Shown: positions 15,701 through 27,700 of the stretch, in pieces | Position numbering within the stretch: the stretch's first letter is position 1 | Layout of the letters: each line of letters opens with the position of its first letter | From: Dimorphilus gyrociliatus | Taxonomy: Eukaryota > Animalia > Annelida | Assembly (NCBI GenBank): GCA_904063045.1 | Contig: CAJFCJ010000015.1 | Location: 1,123,034-1,187,033, forward strand | DNA length: 64,000 bases | Direction: 5' to 3' | Notes under the pieces: model-generated | What the model was told of the DNA's origin: nothing | The model's input: only the letters and a program-made list of their open reading frames with translations | Database searches by the model: none | Program-made: the position numbers and the translations under genes

Positions 15701-18455
15701 CTAACAGATTGGGTAATAGCCTAAAAGAAACAATTATAAATTATAGACCATAAGTAATGAAAGTAAAGTAGGTGGAAATGATAAACCTTGGTTAAATTAA
15801 GTGCTTGATTATAGGGCATGTTGTGTACGTCATTCGATAGTTGTAGCATTATTTCACCTATCACAGTTATATCTCCGGCATACAGATGTTGAGTTTTTGT
15901 CATTTTCAGAATATTCTGCGAAATATTCTGAAATATTTCAAATTGTCTTTCCGACTTGTTTGTATTTTGTAATTCTTCGTTATTAGAGACTTTTTGAATT
16001 AGGTCGTTAGTGGTGTTTATCTAATTCGTAAAATAGAATGGAACTAATTAATGATTTACGGTAAAGTTATGATATACCCAATTGATGGAAGAGTTAGTGT
16101 AATTCGAAATGCAATTTGAAGAATTATGTCTTAACCATCCACCAATTTTAAAAGAACAGATTCTAGTAGCATCTTAAAAGAAATTTGTTAGTTATTCTCC
16201 TTGAAAGTACTCTTCATTTATTCTTACTCTGATTGTTATATGGGCATGAAGCTGTCACGAGCTTTATCTCTTCTTTAGAGGAAACAGAAGTATTTTTCCA
16301 ATAGATGTGCTCTAATGAATTTTCAAGGCATTGTATGAAAGTTATTGTAGAATCGTTTTTATGTGATTTCGATGGTAGAATTTGTGTTGTACTTTGATCT
16401 TAAAATAAAGAAAGAAGAGTTAAAAGTGAAGTCTTATAAAGAGAAAAATGATATTTAAAAAAAAAAGAAAAACAATTACAAATTTCATCCGCTTCCAATG
16501 ATTTATGGTTGTTATTAATTGCTGTAGATTTGAAGATTCGATTAATTAACTGTGAATCAGTTGTAGCAATTGGATCGTAATTTTCTGTTGTTGTTGCTGC
16601 TGTTAATTGATTATCCAGTAAATGATTCTTTAGAAAACTAGTTGTACGAATAGTGGTGATAGTTGAGTCTGTAAAAATTGTAATTCTTTTTTAACAATTC
16701 TTTATTGAAGTATTGAAAATTTTCTCTAAAAAGTAGTTCGTTGACCTACAGTAAAATTTAATTAAGACTATTTATAATGGTAATTTTTTATATAGCAGCT
16801 TAAAGTGTAAAATCTTTAAATAGTTCTTACTTGTTTCGTTAAATATCTTTGATGAATGTGCTATTGTCGTCTCTCTATTTGATTGATAAGAAGAGGATAT
16901 TTTCTCTGTTGACTGATTAACTAATGAATACGATGTTGTTACTGTTGTTGCTGTTTCTGTCGATGATAATGATGGATAATTAGAGGATGAACGGTAAATA
17001 TCTAATTTCTTTTGTTGAGTTTCAAAGGTTATTTTCTTCGAAGAAGTTGTTAACGATGAATTTGTTTCTTTTACCGGTTTCGACAACAACTTTTCAGGGG
17101 TAGACGTATATTCAAAATCAGTTTTACTCGAAATACTATTTTTACTGTTGGTAGAATTAATTATTGATGTGGTGTGTTCAATCCATTCGGTTAATTTTAA
17201 AGTAGATATACATTTAAATTCAATCAGCATCTTAAATGGCTCATTATACAAATTTAAACCATTAATTGGTACTTGACAATCGTGCTTATTGCGACAACTG
17301 AAATAAATATATAAACATAGTTTATAGCCTATAAACTAATTAAAATAATAATAAAAAGTATCAACCAACCGCTCAATTATTTTTAATTTAGAACGACTAT
17401 AAGTTCCCCAAAGTAAATATGAGGCCATTTGGATATCAGTCCAGATATTATTCACCATTAAAGTAGACCTTTCCGTGTCACAATTTAAATGAATGAATGA
17501 AGAATCGTTGTTATAGTATGGTTGAATATTCAAATGTTCTTTTGTTATACAATCGTATTCGAAGGTAAAATTAGCTACTAATTCGCAAAAAGATTGTTTT
17601 TTGAAAAGGAAATCCAAATTGCAAGTTTCTCTGAAGTTACATCTATAATAAAGTGATTCATCATATCATTAGATAGATATTAAATAGTATAGTATCATTT
17701 TTTTTTACTTAAACATTATACTCTCTTCCAAAACATATCTACAGGAACAATAGTCGTCAATGCAAGTAAGATTTATAGGTAGATGATTGCTATGAATAAG
17801 ACTTCCCAATGGACATTTTATATTAGTTTTATTAATGTTGTCTATAAAAATTTGATAAGATGTCTTTATCAAGTTTGTCTTCTTTGAATCGTTGCCAATA
17901 ATCATTTCCTTATCTGTATAATTATATAAAAATTACTTAAAATAGCTTGATAATAAATCTATTAATATTAATAAATTCAATTAAAATTGACCTACTCAAG
18001 TCGTAGTTGTAATGATTACAAATATAGTTAACTTGAACCGATTCTTGACATTCTAAACGATCAAGATGATAAATAGTACAATTCTTTAAATAATTACACC
18101 TGAAAAAAGTTGATTCATTCATTCATTATTTTACATAGTTTAACTTATAAAACAAAAATTTTACCTCTGTTTGAAAATGAAATTAATTGATTCAAAACAA
18201 GTGAAAGAATCCGAATTGTTAGTTGCATTAAAATCAATTAAAATAAAACTATCGTCTGAACATTCAATATCTATCTTTGACATTCCATTTTCATATTCTA
18301 CGAATAAGGTTTCTGCGTAACAATTGAACCTGTTTAGTTAAATGATGAATCGTTTCTTTTAATAAAATTTTTATTTGTATAAATATGAAATAGTACCATA
18401 ATAGACATAAAATATTGATTATTAAATCTTTATTTGTTCTATTATTACGCATCAT
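12741..18455 (-). CDS. Adhesion GPCR A (latrophilin-like): signal peptide, 3 degenerate SUEL/RBL lectin-like domains, S/T stalk, HRM, GAIN/GPS, 7TM
   Basis: Hand-spliced with no frameshift or stop. GPS is [27 protein letters not shown] is [24 protein letters not shown], and TM7 has [16 protein letters not shown]. Confidence 0.88.
14368..15773 (-). repeat. Left copy of a 1,406-bp inverted repeat (partner 21127-22532)
   Basis: Line-by-line comparison gives position + partner position = 36900 throughout, so there are no indels. One mismatch found (15575 vs 21325). Confidence 0.95.
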
Positions 18456-19240
18456 AATAGCCTTTAAAAAGGAAGTATAATATAATTTATACAAAATGAG
18501 TATAAAGAAACTTCTCAATGTTCTAATTTTTTGATTTCTTCAAATGTACGTTAAAGTTCGAATGACATAGTTTTAACTTTCCAACTCTTGCTTCCACAAC
18601 CCTGGACGGTTACTTTCTATATTATTTCTCCAAAAACACTTTTTTATGTACAATATATTGAATAATTGCCTTGATTTTTACAGGTCTATACAGTTTGAAA
18701 TAAACAAATATATACAGTAAACACTTTCTAACATACTAATATATACAAAATACGACAAACTATAATTATTATATTTTGGACATTATGCAAAAATTATAGG
18801 CAATTACATGTATTTATGATTACCTATATTCTATATCTAATAATACTCAATATATTAATAATTATGGATGTTTTACGTCACATATAATTTTTGCTCTCTT
18901 TTGTTAACTATTAATTAAGTTAATATAAGTTTCGTTGAGTACAATGCTACCAGTATCGTTTGAAAGAAAACAAAAAACATCAACCGGAAAGTAAAAAATA
19001 ACGAAAGTCTAAACAAAATAAAAAAAAAACAAAAGAAGGTATAATATCAAAATGCTACATTGAATATGTTTTTCTTTTATATAGTATTGAAATTGCTCAA
19101 AATACATCTATAAACTAATATATTTATTTATATATTTCTCTTATTTTTTGACCTCGCTGACTAAGAATCTAATATATAAACTATTATCAACAGAACATTC
19201 TTTCGATCCATTCGTTTGATAATTTTTCATAAATAAAACT

Positions 19241-22200
19241 ATGAGGATTAATGTTCAATTTTTCATTATTTTCTATATTCAATTAAAGAGGTAAATATAA
19301 AAACTAAGTAAAAATTTTAATATCTTTTTGTTTTGTTTTTGTTGTTTTTTTTAAAAAAAATAGTTTGATAGGAAAAAATGAAAGAAAAATTGACAATAGA
19401 GGAAATTCGTTTGAATTGAATTGCTATTCGAATTTTATGATTCAAATTGAAGAAGGTCCAGTTTATCCGATTGAAAGTCAATGCGACCTTCATTATAATT
19501 ACGTAAAAGAGTATTTTGCCTTAAGGTATAATGTCTTTATAAATATACTCTTTTGTTGTTAAAGATATACTAATATTTATGTATAAAACTGTAATTTTCA
19601 GATGTAATTTTAAAGAAAAGTGCTCCATAAAAAGGAAATCCGTTCATTTTATTAAGAATTGCACGCGATTCAATGGAAATATTGTGTATACGTGCATTAA
19701 AAAGGTTATGGTGGCTATATATCCAATAATGAATACTGCATATTTATTAGGATGTCCAAACCATACAACTTTAAAGATTAATTACCTTTGGATAAGCTTT
19801 TATAAATATTTCGTGAAAACTTTACTTAATCAAATTTCTAAAGAACTCCTTGAAAATGTTAAAAATTCCATCAAAAATATTGAAAAGCTGTTAATTGAAC
19901 AGTAAAAACAATTCTTAATATTAAAATAATCAAATAATTTCTACTTATATATTCATATATATTCATTTTTAGATGTAATGGAAAGACAATATGCAAATTT
20001 AAAGATTTAAAACTTATAAGAAGATGTCCTATTATTAAAATTCTTCACGAATGCATTCCTTCTACATCTGGTAATGATTCGATATGAATATAATTTAATT
20101 TTATCATACGCTTCTCTATTTATATAAACATATATGGAAGAAACTACAATTGTGAATAATCAAGCAACATTATCAACGATAAATGGCGAGCAGACGTCTT
20201 ACAGTACGTCCCATGGAATTTATACATCCACTACCGAACGAACGGTTAATAGTGAATTTTCAACAACCGATAACGAAGAAGGGACCACAGCTTCGGTAAC
20301 CTATTCAACGAAACATCAGCAATCCTCTCCAATTGGCAAAATTTCAACTACCTATTCTCAAAAAAGCCAACTTTTAAACAAAGAAGAAGAAGAGAAGAGA
20401 ATCACTAATATGCCAAGTAAGGCAATAGGAACTTTCCAAACAACTACTGAAGATTCGAATAAAACTATGCATAATAGTAAGGAAAAGTTTCGAATTTATT
20501 CAATATCTATAATTTAGCTACATTACTAATTAGTTCCCTCACTTAATTAGGCTCTCGTTTCACTGCTAAAGAAAGCACAATGGCATGGATTAACACAGAT
20601 AAGCCAATTCTAGAAATTAAATGCTTGGAAGAATATTCTGGTATATTTCATTGGAAGCAGACAAATGTAACAAATTTCGAGGAAGAAGTTCTTGTTAGCA
20701 GTTTATGTCCTGATGGAGAAAATAGTAAAGCTCAAACACTATTTTACATATTCCGTTAAGCCTATCGTATTATTATAACAATTACAGATGCTACCAGAAT
20801 ATGTTCGTACAACAATCAAGGTTGGTTAAGAATGAACACTTCTAATTGCCAATCGAGCGAAATGTTGGAAATAGATCAAGAGGTGGTACTACTGATATTT
20901 TGAAGAAAACGTTCAATTTAATAATTATTATATTAATGTTTTCGTAGCCGAAATCTCAGGAAAATTTAACAAATACAGCAAATAAAATATCCAAACTGAC
21001 ACAAACAGGTCGTCTATATGCTGGGGATATTAGTCTAACTGGAAAAATCCTTCAAGTATTATCTAAGAATATAGAAAATGTTACGTTTACGCAGGCAGAG
21101 AATATAACCAAGGTAATATCATTTCTACCTACTTTACTTTCATTACTTATGGTCTATAATTTATAATTGTTTCTTTTAGGCTATTACCCAATCTGTTAGT
21201 AATCTTCTTAAACCCGATAAACTTCTCGTTTGGGAGGAACTTTCGCAAACAACTCGACATCAAACTGCTCTTAGAATGATCACTAGCATTGAAGAGACTA
21301 CTATGAAGATATCAGATAGTATCTCTTTGCAGAGAAACAATACTGATTCTCTATTAATAGAAGAGGAAAACGTAGGTCGGTTATCACTTCTAATCAACTG
21401 GGTTTCTTGTAGAAAACATTTAAAATAAGTGGCGCAAAATTGACTATCGTTTCTATTTTCCCACGCAGTTGTTAGTATTCAGAAATTGAATAATTCAACT
21501 CGACAGTCAAACACGGAATTCATCTTTACATCGTCGATTGGAAGACAATCAGCCTTCGGCCGGAGCGAAGATGGTGAAGAGGATTCGACTAATTCTAGGA
21601 ATGAATTTATTATCCCTCGAAAGGCTATTGGAGGTGAATACGTAGTGTGTGAAGAGTGAAAAAGATTTGTTAGTGAGATAAAAGTGGGGATTGGGGATTG
21701 GGGATCAATAGACGGAGGGAGAGAGACAAAAGTATAGGTTGACAGACAGACAGGCAGACAGACACACACACTCGCACTCATTTTTATATATACAACATCT
21801 ACGCATATTGAAAATAAGTGTTGCAATAAGAAACCATCAATTTAATGTCTTCAATTTAGGTCTTGTGAATGATGAAAGCGTTCTGATCTTTATCGAATAT
21901 TCGAATATGGAAGATGTTCTTCTCAATAACAAACGCATCGTCGAAGAAGAAACATGGCGAGGGGAAATGAATGAAACATTGACGATTCGTGGAAAGAAGA
22001 CGGTAGAAAGTGAAAGCAGAAAAGGAAAAAGAGTGTTTAACAGTAAAGTAATTGCCGCCATTTTGTCGACAAACTCAGTAAAACAATCGGCGTTGGAGAG
22101 TGACGTATTTTTGATAGTCGAAAGGAAAGATGTAAGTAAAAGGTTATTAGGAGAAAAGATGAAGATAGACAGACAGATAGATAGATAGATAAATAGATAA

Positions 22201-24241
22201 ATAAATGTAAAGATGTCATTCGTTATTCACAGAAAAGCTTAGTGGGAAATACTGAATGTTCATTTTGGAATACAACTTCAACGTAAGTAGAACGATTTCG
22301 AGAAATTAGTTGTAATCTTTTAATAGAAGGAGAGATTTGAAGATGAAAATGAAAGGAAAAGTTATTGATATTTGACTTGTTTCAAATTTGAAGGGATAAG
22401 AATAAGGAAGGAGTTTGGTCGAATCACGGATGTTTTATGATGAAAGAGGAAAGTAACAAGACGCACGTAAAGTGTAGATGTAATCATTTGACAAACTTTG
22501 CGATTTTAATGGATATACATGGAGTTGATAAAAGTGTCAGTATAATTGTATCAACTTACAATTATAGATTAACTTGACAAATAATTATTTTTGTTTGTTT
22601 TTCTTATGTCTGCAGTTATCGGAAATTGATCGATTTGCTTTAATGATAATTACTAGATGCGGATGTTGTGTATCAATTTTTTTTTTAATGATAACAATTA
22701 TTATTTTCGCAAAGTTCCGGTAAGTTTCTCCTTGGTGCCTATTTTGAATGGTTAATTGTTATATATAAATATAACAGGAGAAAATTTTATGGTAAGGTGA
22801 CGAAGGAAGCGACTTTTTTGATTAACATAAATTTGAGTATATCATTATTATTGGCGCAAGTGATCTTTTCTATAGGAATACCGCAAACATCAAATAAGGT
22901 ATATCTTTAATTTAAATTAATTAAACTTAGTGTTTCTTACTATGTCTATTTATAGAGTTTTAGCAAATTTGTATGATGTACAGTAGATGTAGTAGCTATT
23001 TACGATTTCTTTTGCTTGTTTGTCTTCTTTTAGATCATCTGCCATGTCGTCACAACAGTTTTATTGTACTTTCTATTAGCTTGTTTCATGTGGATGGGTT
23101 TATACGGTATTTTATCACTAATTATGGTTATATTCGTATACGAACCAAAATCATCTTTAAGATGGAAATTTCTATCAGTTGGATATGGTAATGAATTAAT
23201 ATTTATAGAAAATTGTTTTATTAAATTGATAAATCAGTTAATTAATTAGATATTGTTTTTATTATTTTGTAAGGTATACCAATACTAATTTCAATTGATG
23301 TCGTAAAGGATTTCTTTCTAGAATTAAAGGAGAAGACTTAGTAAGTTAGATAAAATTGGAATATTTGCTATTTTTAGTTGTTTAATACTTTTGTCATTTT
23401 TTAATTAAACTAATAAAGTTGTTGGATTGACAAGAAACATTTTATCTATTGTTTCATTTTACCCCTATGTTTGGTAATATTCGTAAGTATTGAAATAAAT
23501 ACTTTTAAAGTGTTTTTTTTAACACAAATCTACGTATTTTCTAGATTAATTTAATAGCATCAATTGTAATTTGCATCAAATATCGACGTTCAACGGCCAA
23601 TCGTAATAATTTAAAGAAGATATCACATGTTAAAAAATCGGAAAAGGCTAAATTTTTGTACGAAATAGTTGTCTTTTTTTTTTATAAATGAAAGAGTATG
23701 GAAAATTTTGTAACTGTTTACTTTTGTTCTTCCAACTTAGATCTATGGTGCAGTTTATGCTAAAAATGCTATTTACCTTTGGATTCGTATGGGTTTTTGG
23801 CTTTTTATATATTTCGACACAATTTGTATGGGCAGCATATATATTTTGTATATTAAATTCCTTACAAGGGCTAAGCGTATTTATATTCATCTGTGCACGG
23901 AGTGAAATAATAAGGGACGCATCGAGAAGATGGCTCAGAAAACAGGGCTGGGTACCTCAAACATTACAAGATAAAATATTAACGAGTTATTCAACATCGA
24001 AAGTATCACAGGTAATAGTATTATATCGATTAATTAGTATTATTACTTGAAAAAAAAATGTTCTAATTAGACGCCAACAATTGAGAAATATCCACCGGAA
24101 GATGAAAATTTATCAACCTGCCAAAAAAATTCAAGTAAATCCATTTTATGGCCGCATTTAGCAAGTTCAGAAGAATTGAATACATTTGTGAAATCCAAGA
24201 AAATGAATTCAAAACAGGAATATATAAAAAATATTTATTGA
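19241..24241 (+). CDS. Adhesion GPCR B: signal peptide, 2 degenerate SUEL-like domains, S/T stalk, HRM, GAIN/GPS, 7TM
   Basis: Starts [16 protein letters not shown]. Lectin-like RCNFKEKC and [52 protein letters not shown]. All TM exons splice in frame to TGA at 24239-24241. Confidence 0.88.
21127..22532 (+). repeat. Right copy of the 1,406-bp inverted repeat (partner 14368-15773)
   Basis: Reverse-complement identity includes introns and microsatellite lengths. ORFs 21479-21826 and 21739-22188 translate identically to 15074-15421 and 14712-15161. Confidence 0.95.
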
Positions 24242-24776
24242 AAAATTTGAATTTTCTTTTTTATTCATTTTACCTTTCTCAAAGAATTTCATAAAGAAAT
24301 GATTAAGTTTATATATATATATACTGTATACTGTATATATCTTAGAGTAATCATAGCCATATCAACCTACCTATTTTTTTATTTTTTAAATCTTCTATTT
24401 TAACTGAGTGATATGTGATTAATTAGATAATAACTTACTACATATTTTATCCGTAGAGTTTTATCTTCTCTCTGTCTCTCTTTTTTCTCATTCTTTTATA
24501 TTCTGTAGTTTCAGGAACATATTCGTATATCTTATTAGTGGTTTTAAGAGGAGAAAACAAGTAATATTTTTTTAGTAGATACTGTATATATCTATCTATA
24601 TATATATATATTTTAAAACTAGAATAAAAGAAGTAATTTACATATTCTATATACGTATATATAAAGTTTTTAATGCATAAAACATATAAATATATCAAAG
24701 TATATATGAAAAACTCAAAATTGAAGTTTTTTTTCTTTGTTTGTTTAAAAAAAATATAAAGAAAATAGTACATTCA

Positions 24777-27700
24777 TCATTTTCTTCGTACCTCTCCAGT
24801 TCTTTCATCTTTTTGCAATATTATCGGCATTTGAGATGTGTTAATAATTTCGTATGCATTTGTAAATCTCTCTAAATATATATCATTTGGATTTAAATAG
24901 ATTGAAGTTTCATTTTCTCTTTCTCTTCTAATTGGTTCGTTATTTTCAATTGTTTCCGATCTATTCAGTTTGTCATTTTTCGATTTATCACCCGCATTGA
25001 AAAGTTCCTTTATTTTTATAGTAGAATAATAAAAAGACTATGTTAATTTGTAGTAAATAGATGAAAGAGCTATTTACCCCTGATGATGACGAATCTATTA
25101 AGTAATTAGTTAGTTTGTCTTTAAAAGTTAAGGATAACCAAGTTCTTTTTCGTAGCCACGTTAAAACTGAACGTTGAATAATAACGCTCTTAATACATAA
25201 GAAATAAAAGATGCTTAGGCCTTGTAAACTATTTAAAATGGTGAAAATATAAGCGGCCCATACGAATTTTTTCGAAATGTATAAAAATCCAAAAGTCCAA
25301 CTAAGACCAAATACGAAAAGCGTTTTCAAAGTAAATCTTAAAACAGAACTGTAAACAAATATCAATTAATTAGTTAATTAGCTAATATCCAATCAGCTTA
25401 CTAGTATTTTTTAAGCTCTAATTTTTGGTTTTTAAGACAATGTTTCCGATTATGAGAAAGACGCCATTGTTTAATAGAAACAATACATGTTACTATTAAA
25501 TTTATCTAAAAGGAGATGGGAAATAGAAAATTAACTTAAGTTAATTAAAATTATTAGAAATAATAGTTTATTTACTAAAATCACAACGGCAAGTGGACAA
25601 ATAAAATTCCAAATAAATAGTTCTTTCCTCAACCAACAGCTAAGAAATTAATAGAATATTTATCGTACGTCTATGTTTCGACTGTATACTTACAAATTTC
25701 TGGAGCTTAACCCCTGGAAATTTAGCCCTACCGTAATACCAACGATAATCCCTGGTAAGGCTTTAAAAATACAAAATATAATGTTATTTATTAAATAAAC
25801 TCTTAGAACGTATGTGAATAGAATATATAGATATTTTATCTTTAGTATATTCCCTTACCGTATGCAATTATAAGGAATTTCCTACGTAAAGATGTCCTAA
25901 CCTCAAAGATTACAACTACTAGGAAAAAAGTTAAGACTCCTTGCAATCCCATCCACATAAAACTTGAGAGAAGACAATACAATAGCAAGCCCCCAATCAA
26001 TCGACAAATCAACTTTCATTATAAAATTAATTATGTCAATAATAACAAACTTATGAATATTAATAACTTACTTGATTTGAAGTTTGTGTTATACCAAATA
26101 GAAATATTAATTGAGATACTAGTAATGTTAAACTCAAATGAATATTTATGAGATTTGACATTGCAGAGCTTCTTTTGGCGTTAAAATTTTTTCTATATGA
26201 ATGGAAATAATTAATATTATGCATTAATTAACATAAACTGACCTAAATTTTATAAACGGAAATAAAGATAATACAAGGAAGAAAACTGAGACAGAACATC
26301 CAACACGACTTATAATAGAAAGGCTAAATCGATGTTCTAGAGAAAGCTAGTTAAGGAAGAAAGAGATTAATCATTCTTTTTATATGGAGAATATATTTCA
26401 TTCTTTTCTTTACAGTATCTTCAACTCCGTGCATATCAAATAGAACAGCAAAATTAGTTAAATGGTTGCATTTGCATTTCGTATGAGTAATGTTACTCTC
26501 CTCTCTGACGAAAGAACATCCTGACTGTGACCAAGACCCGACATTTTCCCTTTAAACGAGAATTATTTAATTAAAAATGGAATTTATTGATAATTTTATT
26601 AATTAACCTTGACCCTAAATTCCAGTACGAGCATAATGTCTTACCATTCAAGTTTTTCTATTCAAAGCAATATACATTATTAACATATAATAATAATAAA
26701 AATTTATACAAAACCTTCCTATTTTCAGTTATAAAGAAAATATCACCCGAAACTTTCAACTGCTTGAAATTTGAACCGTCAATAGCCGTAGCACTAATGA
26801 CTCTGCTATTTAAAACTGTATTATTATTTTTTAAAGTCGTCTCTAACATCTCTTCAATATTTGAATATTCAACGAAAATTAAAACAACTCTTTTACTTTT
26901 AGTTTCTAAAGTAATAAAAATTTGAATATTCATTAAAAAATTATTTTATGAATATTTATGAATATTAATTAATACTTATTGAATTTTTTGGAATAATAAA
27001 TTCATTTGTATATCCTTTTCTTCTATGTTTACGGATGTAATTTGGTGAAAATTTATACTTTTCAACAGTAGAATCATTTTTTTGATTAATCTCTTCGGCG
27101 CTTATAACTATAATTATAAACGAACTCTATATATATATTGTTTGTAAATTTAAGCCTATATAAACAAACCTAAATTATCAGCAATAACTAAAAGATTCGT
27201 TTGATTCAACGATTTACTCTTAATCATATTTAATGCAGTACTTTCGGCAATTTGCACTAAACTTTCAACGATTCTCATTCTTCGAGAGTTATACACTTCT
27301 CTCCACTTTTTAACCTTTTCCCCACTTAACAGATTATTAATCGACTTTATTATATCCTTTGTTTTTTTAGAAAAACAAAAATCTATTTAACCAATTCTCT
27401 AGCATTTTTAACAACTTACTCTAGAAATATTATAAACTGAATTCTGAATGGGAATAGTAGTATCAATCTTTTTCGATATTAGATATAAAATCTCTTCAAA
27501 TGCTTCGATATTTCCAGAATATTCTAAATTATTCATTGTTTCTTCAGCTAACCTTCTAGCAATATTGTAATTTGTTACTTTGTTCTGTTTCAGCTGTAGA
27601 AAAATATTTCTAAAATTTAGTAAAAAATTTAAATAATAGCTTATGAATATTCAAAAGAGAAAAGATGCCTTACATCTATTAATATTTTCCCAATAAAATC

